Shown: positions 25,070-37,300 of the stretch, in pieces | Numbering within the stretch: position 1 is the stretch's first letter | Layout of the letters: every line of letters starts with the position of its first letter | Assembly (NCBI RefSeq): GCF_025526975.1 | Contig: NW_026515680.1 | Coordinates: forward strand, 310,001 to 374,000 | Origin: Fimicolochytrium jonesii | Lineage: Eukaryota | Direction: 5' to 3' | Length of the DNA: 64,000 bases | The notes under the pieces: model-generated | What the model was told of the DNA's origin: nothing | Seen by the model: the letters and a program-made list of their open reading frames with translations, nothing else | Database searches by the model: none | Made by a program: the position numbers and the translations under genes

Positions 25070-25893
25070 ATGCTTCACAAGACTGCTACTCGGCGGCTTG
25101 CCCTCATCGCTTCCCAAGTGCGCCACTCCCGAACCCAAGATGTGCGCGTAAAAGGCGAAGCGTTCATCCAGCATGCAAACTTCTCTTCGGGTACGCAGGC
25201 CGACGCTAAAGCTGCAGCCAAGGCCTTGGAAGAGGCACGCAAAGCACCTTCATATTATCGTTTCTGGGAAGACATTACCACCAGGTAACGTCAACAGTAG
25301 TGTGCCGCAGGCCGCGGTTTGAGGTGGACTCAACGGCTCTATATATATAGATGGAAAGACAACGATCAATATGGACACATCAACAAGTAAGGCTTGCAAG
25401 GAGTAACGACATCATCCGCCTTCTGCCGACAGTATCCTTGCCTAACTTTCAATCTAGCGTCGAATACTATTCGTTCTTTGACACGATTGTCAACAACTAC
25501 CTGATACGAAACTGCGGGCTAGATCCATCCTCCATCCGCAAAGCACCGTCCGAAAAAGCAGAATCATCGTCAAACTCAAAACCTATATACTATGTTGTCT
25601 CATCTGGCTGCCGATACCACGCGTCGGCGTCTTACCCGAATCGATTGCAGGCTGGTCTCGCAGTCAACAAGATTGGGCGTAGCAGTGTGGTCTACCATGT
25701 AGCCGTGTATAAGAAGGGTGAGGAGGGTGCATCGCATGCCAACAATAGTGGGAGCAATGACGAAGGCAATCTAACCTGTCTTGTGACGGGCGAGTTTGTG
25801 CATGTTTGTGTGGATCCTGCTTCGGGGAGGCCAGTGGACGTACCGGATTCTATGCGTAGGAAGTTAGAACTTGTACTGGCCAAGAAGGAATGA
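25070..25893 (+). CDS. Hotdog-fold acyl-CoA thioesterase (4HBT/YbgC-like), probably mitochondrial
   Basis: Spliced ITTR|WKDNDQYGHINN|VEYYSFFDTIVNNYLI, GLAVNKIGRSSVVY and GEFVHVCVD. Arg-rich N-terminus. Confidence 0.88.
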
Positions 25894-26337
25894 AATTGGA
25901 CGTATGATTTAGCTAGGTACCTCCCTCCTATGTAGCTCGCTACCATTGAGAGAATTTGCGAGATTCGGACGACGGAGAGCGGAGGAAATGAAAGATCTCC
26001 CGCAAGTAGGCTTGGAAAGAGGGAATACAATTCCAAACTTTTTGTACTGTGTGATGCATGTCTCGGAGTTTCACATCGCCGTTGTAAGGGGAATGAGTAC
26101 CTCCCCGGTGACGAGGCTTCAGGTGACGCGTCTGTCCGGAAGGGCCGGACGCAAATTTCCGGAGTTCAACTATCCCAGACATCCCGTTTGGAACACCGCA
26201 ACCCTTGCCAATGGCCTGCTTGGCATAGCACAGCACCAGGCTGCAGAGCGCAAGGCTGACTTCGCTTTCTTGCAGGAGGACTGTTGAGAAACAGAACAAC
26301 CTTATAATCGGCGGTACATAACCAGGGCAACAGCAGC

Positions 26338-29300
26338 ATGATACCGGTCGCAAACTTAGAAACGGAACGTGACTTCAACTTTCCGTTTACCCCGTGGAGT
26401 ATCCAGAAGGACTTTATGAACCACCTCTATGACGGTCTACAGAATGGGAAAGTGCTTGTCATGGAGAGTCCCACAGGCACAGTATGTTCAGACGAAGCAT
26501 AGTTCTTATCACTTCGCTGGAACTCAGAAGCCACGGCTCAACCTTCTTAGGGAAAGTCGCTATCGCTTATTTGCGGAAGCCTAAAGTGGCTAAAGGACCA
26601 CGAGGAACGCACCGAGAAAGAGCGGATGCAGGAAATAGAGGACGAAAGGGCTGCTTTGGGTGCACCGCTTGCAGATGGTGAGGAGAATAAAAGGAATATA
26701 TCCGGCGAACGACGGATGTAGCTCAAATAGTTCCTGCCAGAGCCATCATGGGTGCTGGACTTCGCTAAAGAGGAAGTAGCGAAAGATGTGCAAGATATCA
26801 TCGCAAAGAAGAGGAAGCGCGAAGAAAGATTGGCAGAGATTCGAAGGCGTGCTCTGAGTGGGGAGGAGGACGACAAGGTGGGTTTGCATTCCCTTTGAAT
26901 CTCGCTGAACGCTGGTGATTTACACCTGTCGAATCTAGGCGAAACATCGCTTCAAACGGCCAAAAACAGCTGGCGCGCAAAAAGACTCCCAGGACGACGA
27001 AGATCGTTTGATTGTAGACTACGACAGTGAGACCGAGATCTCAAAGCCCAAAGCGTAAGGCGTTGAATTGTGAGGAGGATTATACCCCGTGCAATACAGC
27101 TCAGAAATTTCGGATTCCATTCGTCCTGGAGTTCCTTCCTAGATGGCCCAGAAGACCCCACAGAAGACGACCTCGATCTCCCCGACGAAACAAAGATCAT
27201 CTACTGCAGTCGTACCCACTCGCAAATCTCTCAATTCGTAAAAGAACTGCGGCGTTCGGCATATAGCAGCACGACCAAATCAGTATCCCTGGGGTCGAGA
27301 CAAGGAATGTGTATAAACGAGAGTGTGAGGAAACTGGGATCGCTGCCGAAGATGAATGATCGATGTTTGGACCTTATGAAAGGTGAGGTGGTATGACTTC
27401 CCACCTGCAACGATTACGGACCCTTACGCTCTCATGCGATTCCCATAGCATCAACGAAGGAGGAGGGCGGGTGCGAGTATCTAGCGAAAGACCCAGCGAC
27501 ACGCGTGCAATTCACCGACCAGCTGCATGCCGCGATCCGCGACATTGAGGATATGGTCGACCTGGGCAAACGATTACATACCTGTCCGTACTATGCCGCT
27601 AGGGATGCTGTTCGGCCATCACAGGTAAAAATCATCTTATTGCTCACGGTACCGGGACACTGCTAATCCGACATCGATCGTGGCGGAAGGTTCTCACCCT
27701 GCCATACAACCTTCTTCTGCAAGCATCGGCGCGTGAGTCATTGGGCATCGATGTCAAGGGCAAAGTCGTTATCATTGGTCAGCACTTGCGTTCTTTCGTA
27801 ATTCCACCTCGACAATCCTCTGACGCAGACCGAAACAACTCAGACGAGGCACATAATCTCATTGATACGATCACGTCCATCTACTCCGTGTCTCTGACCC
27901 TGCAAGATGTAAGTTACGATCATGTGTTTGTCATGATCATTCCCACACTTCCCGAGACATGTGAAGTATGTAACCTGACGCAAAATATACCTAATGCCTC
28001 AGCTAGAACGCGCGGCACGTCAATTGCAAGGATACCTGCAACGCTACAAGAAACGGTTGAAAGGTTGTAATCTGGCATACATCCGGCAATTGAATGTCAT
28101 CATCGGGGCGTTGAAGAAGCCGTTGACAAAGCCGGTTGCGAAAGCCAAAGGTGCGTCATGTGCCTGCGTGGGCGATGGAATGAAAACGGTCGCGCGGCTC
28201 ATTCCGGCCTTCTTATATAGATGACCGATCAGTCGTCATGGTGAATGATTTCGTTCATATGCTGAGCATTGATCACATCAAGTGAGTGACCGTGGAGGGC
28301 GTCACATGTGCGATCTATTCCTTTCAAGAGATCTCATCAACACTTTTACGAAGCCTTTTCAAGATCGGACATTATCTGGCGGAGAGTCGGCTTGGACAGA
28401 AGGTAGAGTGTGTCTCTGGCATAAGACAAACTGTGGTCTCAGTCCTCACATCGTAAACGCCCTTGGCATAGCTACAAGGGTTCGCCGAAAAGTTCGACAT
28501 GAAGGGGATGGACGAAGGTGAGAAGGGTTTCTCTTCTCCCATTGTGTTTCTTGGCAACCTGAATGGTTAGTTTGCCACGAACCAGGCGAATCAGAAGTAT
28601 ACGTACCCAAGCACATGTCAACGATACAGAACGTATCCACGTTCCTCATGAGCTTGACGAATGCGGATCTGGAGGGGCGAATCATGCTTTCTGTTACCGG
28701 TGGGTTCGGTTGTCCGCGCTCAGCCAAGTGCCACTGCGAATGCCGGCTGATAGAGCAAATGTCTTCATAGATGATCCGGCAACATCAATGATGAAATACC
28801 TCCTGCTGAATCCGGCCAACGCCTTTCGGCGGATCGTGGAAGAAGCGAGGGCGGTGGTTCTGGCAGGGGGGACAATGGCGCCGGTAAACCTTCTCGTCTT
28901 GCGTATCTGCGTCACAGGTTAGTTTGCTAACGAGGTGCTATTCGGCTCGTCAGATTCCGCAACTGGTCGATGAAGTAAGGGGCGAGATGCAACGTTTTAG
29001 AGCGGGTCGAAACACCTGTGGTCCTCACCTTCGTTTAAACGTGACAGTTGTTCCTATATGTCCCAAAAGACCGCCTTTCGCCTTTCTCATGTGGACACAT
29101 CATCCCTGCAACGTCCATCCTCAGCATCGCGGCAGCCACTGGCCCGACCGGTCGTCCGTTTGATGTTACGTTTGAACATCGTAGCGAACCAAGTCTGGTA
29201 AGCTGCATCTGCACACCAGATTAAGACTGTTACCCAGGTTAACGATACGTGACTGCAGATGAATGAGCTGGGAGCTGCGATAGCCAACTTATGTAATGTA

Positions 29301-30371
29301 GTTCCCGGTGGCGTGGTCTGCTTCTTCGGATCTTACGACTATATGGACAAGGTTAATGGGCATTGGGAGAAGGAAGGGCTTTTGAAGCGGATATGCGCCA
29401 AGAAACAGGTAGGTTCTCCCTGACATCGGAAGATGTTGGTTCCTTAGCGTGAGACTGCCGTCACTGCAGCAGTTTGAACAATCGTTCTTCCATTACCACC
29501 CACTCAGGTCTTCAAGGAACCCAAGCAATCCTCGATGGTTGAACCAACCCTACGGGAGTATGCAACCTGCATTGAAGGAGGGCGCAAGCCGGGGGTGAGT
29601 GTCCTCCGTGGTTCGATTCTTAATGAGAACTTCCTGACGCACTCCTTACCAGGCGAAGCAGACCGGCGGAATCTTGTTCGCCGTTGTTGGAGGGAAGATG
29701 AGTGAGGGAATCAAGTATGCATTTTGCTTTTCAAGGTGCCTTTTGAAAATGGGCGATGCTGACACGCTTGCTGCGACCTCAGCTTCGCCGATGATATGGG
29801 CCGGTGAGATCTCACCCGCAGTCTTGGTCTGAGATCTTCGCTCAATACCATTTGCTTGTCCCTCCCTCAGATTGGTGATAGTGGTCGGCTTGCCCTTCCC
29901 TAATCCGAATTCCCTTGAGCTCCAAGAAAAGCTGAAGTACATGAAATCACGAGCGTCGACCGCAGCATCTTCGAAAGAGGATGTCGTGAGCGACTACTAT
30001 GAGAACATCTGCATGAAGGCTGTCAACCAGTCCATCGGTATGATGTCCGGCGCATTCGGTGATCTCTGAACCCAAAACATTTGACCCCATGGATATCTAG
30101 GGCGAGCCATTCGACACAAAGACGACTACGCCGCCATCGTCCTTCTCGATCGCAGGTATCAGCAGCGCCGCATCAAGAGCAAACTGCCAGCGTGGATCAG
30201 AGACGCGGGAGTGATGGAGCATAATGGATTTGGAATGGTTGTCGGTGCGGTCGCCAATGTGAGTGAATACTGCCTGATTTGGCGGTTTTTGATGATGGAG
30301 GGTATCAATTGACCTTCGGTATCATGTCGTAGTTCTTTCGAAACAAGCGAACCCCGCCGAACCCGCATTGA
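26338..30371 (+). CDS. CHL1: Chl1/DDX11 Fe-S DNA helicase (XPD family), many exons
   Basis: [48 protein letters not shown], Fe-S cysteines (GMCIN, DRCLD, GCEYL, TCPYY), [37 protein letters not shown] and [15 protein letters not shown]. Confidence 0.95.
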
Positions 30372-31332
30372 GCAGCATCGACGATGCACCGGAAACCCGG
30401 GGGGTCACCTCGTACCCAATGGCTCAACCGCACCTCCCTTGCACCCGTATTTGGCTTATACAGCGCCGGGCGAGGATCAGTCAAGCATAGTTTGCATGCC
30501 ATCCCCCCAAATCGGTCCCGGCCATCGGTTGCCCTACGCGAACAACTGGGTGAAGCTGCGGTGTGCGCTTTTCAATCGATTTTCGTAACAGCAAAGGCTC
30601 GTGGGCATAGGCAAGATCTAGACATAGAGTGCTGTGAGTTTTCGAGCTTCTTAAAGAAGTGAGTACAGTACATACAGGGATTTGGATAACGGGAAAACGC
30701 ATTGCCAACGCGCCCGTAGGAAATCTCGCTATCAGCCATTAGCAGGTCGAGTTTGATAGGTCGGCTTCACGCTCATCCACCGGCTTGCGGCTATCCCAAC
30801 ATCCAGCGGCAACTATCGACGGCTGAGAAAGCTTCCTCTGATGTGCATCCAATCTCACCAATCAACGCCAACCGATCATTTCCAGAAAATTCCTCCATCT
30901 TTCCTATCCCTTCAGGATGTTAGCGTAGGGCGTATAATGTATATTGGCATTTGCTTTCCGTTTCGATTTCTTCGTGGTCATGTGAAGATTTTCCTCTCTC
31001 CCTCTTATGGTGGGTGCGGAGTTGAGACAATTCATCATATTCTAAGATTTCTCTGCGCCGAATGCTGGTCGCCCAATCTACATCTAGCTACACCGACCTC
31101 CCCGATGACATAAATGTAGCTTGCCAATGATGAAGGCGGACAGGTGGGCGGACTCCATTGGGATTCGGTTCCAAGTGATCGCTATCTACTCTATCTGGTG
31201 ATTTCGCAGTATCCTATGCCTGATCAGTTCTCCATCTTGCACCTCGATTGCGGTCGCGAGATATTGGCCTCATGCATTCCCTCCCGCCCTCAATTGCCTT
31301 CACTTCCCATCCCTCCCCTTTCTTACTTTACT

Positions 31333-32105
31333 CTACACCGTGAAAGGGTACTTCTCGCAAAACTCATCCTTCGTCATCCTCTCCCCATGCTTCTGCACAA
31401 ATGCCGTGATTGTTTTGTTCAGCTCGGAAAGGGTCATGGGCCGCGTGCACTGTATCGAGTGGTGGTCTGTGTGCTCGTGGAGAAGCACTAGATCCGGAGG
31501 AAGGTCCGTGCCTGTGTCCCGTATTGATTGTCGTGTGATTTGTCAGTTGCTTGGAAGTACACTGCGACGCTTTCCAGAAGCCTTGGTTCTTACCTGCGGG
31601 AATCCTCCAGATGGTCGTATTCTTTCCGCGGAACCCACGAACGACCTCCTGAAGGAACGCGCCGTTTGGCCGGACCGAAGCTCCGTTGGGACCTGCAACG
31701 TCGGAATGGACCAGGTCAGCATCCCATACCATACCTGCCTATATACGTTGTCTTTCCCCCTAGAATGGGTCGCAGAACAGTTTCGTGCATACCCTCAAAG
31801 TTAGGTCCATCCTTCGGGTACACAAGGCCATCCTCATGAATATGCAGGTCATAAGACGTGCGTTTTAGCTTCTTCTGGGCGGTGTAGTCGCGCAGAATGA
31901 CCTTCTCGCTGGCGTTGATTCGGAAGAGGTCGACGGGTACAGTGCGGTGGCGGCCTAGGAGTGGTGGTCGCTTTTGGGAGCCCGGTGACGAGACGGAGGA
32001 GGATGCGGGGCGAGTCAGGAATGGGGAAGGGAGACGGAATTGGGAAGCGGTAGGTGCTCTCCGAGCAAGGCACACACCCTGGCGGTGCATAAAGATGGTG
32101 ACCAT
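31333..32105 (-). CDS. Tse2-like ADP-ribosyltransferase toxin-domain protein (3 exons, ~191-196 aa)
   Basis: Exons 32105(or 32090)-31793, 31692-31594 and 31511-31333 splice in frame: ...VPVDLFRINASEKVILRDY...YDLHIHEDGLVYPKDGPNFEGPNGASVRPNGAFLQEVVRGFRGKNTTIWRIPAGTDLPPDLVLLHEHTDHHSIQCTRPMTLSELNKTITAF. This fits the fungal Tse2-type ART pattern LFR / PNGAS.RP / LVL.HE.TDH.S. Confidence 0.8.
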
Positions 32106-32467
32106 CTTCGTTGGAGGTTATCCTTTCTTCGAGTCTCTATGTAATTCAGCTACAGATCAGCAAAAGCTGGTGGAACGAGTTGTCGTGTTGCGAAGCGGTT
32201 GCTGCGGAGGGAAGGAGTCTGGGAAGGAGTGCCAGGACGTCGCGACGTTGCCCACTTTCCCCTACTTCCCTTACTTGCCCCAACGAAGATAATCCGTCAG
32301 GATAGACTCAGCACCTTTCCACAACCCAACGTCAAAAAGTCAGGAGGCACTTCGCCTGCGAACTAGTAGATACTGTATAGAGGCGAGGCAGCCTTTTCAC
32401 GGCACAGTTGTACATACGGTAGTGTGGTCGTCCTCTGCCAGCACGGGTTCCGGAAGCTCTCGTGATT

Positions 32468-34081
32468 ATGTCTCGCAAGAAGTTACGGACAGCGGAACCG
32501 ACAGGAGCAGGAGCTGCACCGACTCCCACAGACTTCGCTAGCGGTGTCTTTTCGGACGAGATACTTTTGCATATCCTCGCCTACCTGTCGCATAGGGATC
32601 TTACTCGATTAGGGACTTGCTCGCGCACCTGGCACAGGTTGGCCAGCGACCAAACGTTATGGAAGCGGCTCTTCCTGCGCAGGTTTCCCTTGGAGTGTCT
32701 CGCGCAGCCAATACCTGCTGGGTCGCCACCGGCGGGCGAAGTTCGGGTGCGGAGAAGGACTAGTGGAATGGCGGGCCCGATTATGCGGGAGAGGCGCGAT
32801 TTCCTTTCCATGTACATTCTGCAACACAACTGGAATGCTGGGAACTATGTAGTGACGAACATCGATGTGAGCCTGCCGGTGGCTGCTGAGCCGGTGCTGG
32901 AACCAGGAGGGGTTAGAACCGCGACGGATATTGATTGCGCGCTACCAGTTTCGACATCTCGGCATTTGGGCACAGCGCCAATAACGGCGTTTACAAAGGA
33001 TGTAATATTGGTTGCTCTTGCTTCACCGGATGTTGCAGTTTGGAGCATCAACCACAGAGCCGCCCTCGGATCATTGAGTCGGATTTCAGTGGAGCCTTCG
33101 ATGGTTTTGCCTCGCGTGTGCTGCATCCAACTGGAGAGCTGTTCTGCACTTGGACATCCCCATTTACGGGTGGTGGCCGGCTATGACGATGGCAGCTGGA
33201 CAGTCTGGGAGATGTGGGGTCATGACGGGCTTAGCCAATGGGGCTGCAAAGAGCTGATCACGGTCACCCAAGCACAGAGGGTTGGGCTGGTCGCCGTAAC
33301 AATGATGGACAACATCGTTGTGACATGTTCATCTCAATTTGATGTTGCCTTCCACCGCATTACAAATGCGCTCAAGCGCGACAATACGCAACGACGTTGG
33401 GAGTCTACCCTGATCCATCGATTACGAGGGAGTACCTGTTGGCCTCCAGTGGATCTTCACCTCACCCGTGCTGGCGGAAAATATGCTTTGTACATAGCGT
33501 ATGCATCACCTTCCTACGGAAACGAATGGAACGTTTCCCTCGATCAAATCACCTTCTCCCGCGCTGATGGACTGATTTCCTCGAAGCATTTCAGTCCGAA
33601 AACAACTAAAGTGCCGATGACCGCGGAATTTACAGGGATCCGTTTTCGCCATCCTTACCTGGTGGCTCCCAGAAGGGACAACACCGTCCACGTATACACT
33701 CTTAGCGGAGCGCAGCTCACCCACACTACGATATTATATGCACATCATGCGGCGGTTACTGCACTCGAACTCGACGGAGTGACAGCGAAGCTCATTACTG
33801 GAGGGATAGATGGGCTCAAGATCTGGTCTCTTCGCAACCCTGTAAAGCCCATATCGACCGTGGATAGGGATTGGATACGTCAATTCGAGAAAGAAGAATC
33901 TCTCGACCAAATCAAGCGTCCTACGTATGTGGGGTTTGATGAAGGCCGGATTGTCAGCGTGAGCGAAAGCCTAAACGGCCGGTTAAGAAGCGGGACCTTC
34001 TGTGGAATGGAAGAACGGAGAGAAATAGAGGCTGGGCCCCTGGTTGGCTTGAAGATCTTCTCGTTTTTGGACGAGTCATAA
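32468..34081 (+). CDS. F-box protein with C-terminal WD40-like propeller, intronless
   Basis: F-box FSDEILLHILAYLSHRDLTRLGTCSRTWHRLASDQTLWKRLF. WD-like units VVAGYDDGSWTVWE and AHHAAVTALELDGVTAKLITGGIDGLKIWSL. Confidence 0.85.
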   Translation: MSRKKLRTAEPTGAGAAPTPTDFASGVFSDEILLHILAYLSHRDLTRLGTCSRTWHRLASDQTLWKRLFLRRFPLECLAQPIPAGSPPAGEVRVRRRTSGMAGPIMRERRDFLSMYILQHNWNAGNYVVTNIDVSLPVAAEPVLEPGGVRTATDIDCALPVSTSRHLGTAPITAFTKDVILVALASPDVAVWSINHRAALGSLSRISVEPSMVLPRVCCIQLESCSALGHPHLRVVAGYDDGSWTVWEMWGHDGLSQWGCKELITVTQAQRVGLVAVTMMDNIVVTCSSQFDVAFHRITNALKRDNTQRRWESTLIHRLRGSTCWPPVDLHLTRAGGKYALYIAYASPSYGNEWNVSLDQITFSRADGLISSKHFSPKTTKVPMTAEFTGIRFRHPYLVAPRRDNTVHVYTLSGAQLTHTTILYAHHAAVTALELDGVTAKLITGGIDGLKIWSLRNPVKPISTVDRDWIRQFEKEESLDQIKRPTYVGFDEGRIVSVSESLNGRLRSGTFCGMEERREIEAGPLVGLKIFSFLDES

Positions 34082-34314
34082 GTTCGTGCTGAGTTTCCTG
34101 TGTTTAGTGTAATGAAAATTGTCAAAATCTGGCTTGGTTTGTGGCACATGGTGGAACGATGGGATTCATTGAATTTATCTTCAGGAAAATGGCTCTTATT
34201 GAAAATACGAAAAAGATATGATACAGGATCCGGTTTTGGTTTGGAAACAAAGATGTACAGGGAATACAGAATGCGATTTGTCGCGCTGTGCAATAGGGGG
34301 GTATGGTCCAGGGA

Positions 34315-37300
34315 TCACAGACTCATCTGCGCCAAAATCTTGTTACAGACCTTTTTGTACGTCCAAACTCCTCCATGCACCCTTCGGAAATGCAGGCCAG
34401 TCGAGTTCACCGACTTTGGCATCTTGTAGATGGATACCTGGAACCCAATCTCCTTACTGGTCGGTTTTCTCGTCGGGAGCGAGGGCAAAGAAGATTGGAT
34501 ATGCTGCACTAGCTGGGTTGGTGGCGAAGTGGGGTGGTGACCAGCCAGTTCAGGCGCTGGGCCGTGGTCTTGGACATGCAGTGTCTCCGTCGGTGACTTA
34601 TCGACCAGTTCGTCAGGAATGGGAATGGGTTCGGTACTCGCAACTGATGCCTGCGAGCGGTCTCGCATCAGCGGATCCCCAAATGTGGAGGCGGAAGATA
34701 AGGAATCCGTCGAAGGCTCGCGTTCCCATTGTGTCGCTGGAAGAGTCGAAGATACGGATATCCTCCGGCTTTCCAACTCCGTCAAAAGGGTCATTGGATC
34801 CGTTCCGTTGCTGCTCTCCATTTCGGGAGTTCGATTGCCATGCGGAAACGAATCCGGCCAGACTTCGCAGGCCAATGTGATCACCAGGTGGTTATCAGCG
34901 GTGCTAGCGGCTGCAGCCACGGCCGCGGCGTTCATTTCCGAAGTCTGAGATCCATCGCCACCACTTGGTTGTAACAACGCCATCATACTTTCCATATAAC
35001 TCGGATGTTGGGCCTCGACGGTGTATGCGATCTTGCACTTTTGTAGCACGGACACGAGTTGCAGCAGGACTTGGTCGGCCGCTTTAGATGTTGTCGTGGA
35101 CATGTTGAGAAACCACCCTCCGATGGCACGGAAATCCTCTTTGATGCGTTCGCCAGCCGCCGACGATGCGGTCGCAAGGGAACCGCGGCGAGAGCCCGAA
35201 AGGTAGTTTTGTGCAGGCCGCGCGGGCGCGAAAGTCTGACTGGAGGTGGCGGATGAGGCACTTTGTGGCTCACGTGGTGGCGGATGGATGGGGTGGGAGA
35301 GAGACGCAGTGGGCATGGAGAAGCGGCGGAACCAAGGTGCGTCTTTGACGTTTGAGTGCAGAAGACTGAGTTTTCCAGTCGCCGGAGCAGTGGGGTTATG
35401 TGGATCATCCTTGGGTTGGGGAGTCGGAGGTAAGGGGATGGAAGGAGGTTTGAAGCTTGGACGCCGAGGGTACGAGGAGAGCGGAGGACTCGTTGGTTCA
35501 GGGGATGCACGCCCACTGCTGTTACTTCCCGATGGTCGCCGTTGTTCTCCGGTTCCCGCGGATTGAGGGCGATGTCCTTTCTGGAAAAACAGATATTGGG
35601 CGCCTGATGACCGAGTTTTGGCATTTGGTGGTGCTTGAACAGCCGAACCACCACAATTTTGTTCAATTTGCAATGCTGAGTCTTCGGGGGTGGATCCGCG
35701 CCGTCTGGTGGACTCGGCCACCGAATGCATGGACAGGAAGTCCTTTCTTGCCGGCAATGCTGACCCGTTCTCCATTCCACGTCGTACCCTGGAATAAGAG
35801 TCTCCGCTATCTCCAGAACCGGGGCCGTCTCCGGCGGCGCAGCGGTTGCCCGCATGACCAAGCGATGCTGTCTGGTTCGACATCGCGACATTGGGTGTGC
35901 TCGCAGCTTTGAACCTGCCGCCTAGCATCCCCACAGCATCGACCGGCAAACTTCCCCTCCTCATTTGCTGATGCTGCTCAAAGAGGTCAATCTTCCGATC
36001 ACCTTTCTGCCTGGCCTCCTCCCTTGCGAACATTTCCGCCAAGAGAAAATACGTCGCGCGCACAGGACTCGGCTGGGACTGGTTCGCGTTTGAACCAAAT
36101 TCCCTTTCAACGTCTTCCATCGTGTATCCGAAGACCAGCAGGCGTTGCAAGATCTCTTTCGACAGCTCTGCTGGAGATCGGATTTCAACCCGCGCTGGGA
36201 GGTAATTCGGCGGGGGGCAATCGTAGCCTTCGTTCACCCATGGATGCGCTAACACTTCTTCAAGCGTGGCACGCTCCTTTGGGTGAACGTGAATGAGGCG
36301 GCGGATGAGGTGCCGTGCGTCTGGCGATTCAAGATGAGAGTCTGCGAACCTGCTAGCACTTTCTCACATCCAGGCACCTACTTGTCATCAAATAGTCCGG
36401 ACACGTATATGTTCCGGTGGCTATCTTCCGGTATAACTCTTTCATGTTGTCGTCGTCGAAGGGCAGATGCCCACATAGCAGAGCAAATAGGATAACACCT
36501 GCCATCCAATATTGGAATTGAGTGTGATTCCACCATCGCGAGGGAATACGTTTTCTTCCTGCAAATACCTAGACTCCACATGTCGACTTCTGGTCCCTCG
36601 TACTTTTTGCCCATGATCATCTCAGGCGCGGCGTAAAACGGTGACCTAGGGGATAATCAGCACCACATTCGGTAAGCAAGCGCTCTTCCAATTTCGCCCG
36701 CATACGTCGATTCCTCACCCGCAGAACGTGTCCAAAAGCCCCTCCACCGTGAAATTGTTGCCGAATCCAAAATCGATGATCTTAATCGTTTTGCTTTCAT
36801 CCAACAGCAAGTTTTCTGTGGGAGGTAAAATGCGATCAGTATTCCCTCAGTTTGTGGCAAATCCAAAGGTAAGCTTACCTGGCTTCAAATCTCGATGTAT
36901 CACTGCATTCTGTATGAGACCGAAGCTGTCAATCCTTTGAACTACGTTTGTGCGGCCCGTCGAATGTGCATCCAAACCTTATGGCAGTAATCCACAGCGC
37001 TCAGAACCTGTCTGAAGAAGCTCCTAGCCTCGCGCTCTTTCACCCTCTTATGCGCCACTATGTAATCGAACAGCTCGCCACCGGGCGCATACTCCATGAT
37101 AATATGGATGAACTGCTCCGTCTCGTTGACATCGTAGACTTTGACAATGTGCGGATGATGCAGGAGGCGGAGGAAGCGGATCTCCCGTTGCAGACGTGCG
37201 ATCTGCTTGCTGGATTGAACTTGGGATTTGTCGATTACCTTGACGGCCACCTGAGAGGGCAGAAGTGGGGAAACGTGGCGATGATGAGAAACGTATGATG

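Noticed and set aside
29610..29620. GGTTCGATTC B-box / tRNA T-loop-like motif
   Set aside because: Lies in a short CHL1 intron with no cloverleaf or A box.
31128..31223. Possible C/D box snoRNA (ATGATGA...CTGA)
   Set aside because: No terminal stem and no rRNA-complementary guide that I could identify. It would need snoscan or Infernal.
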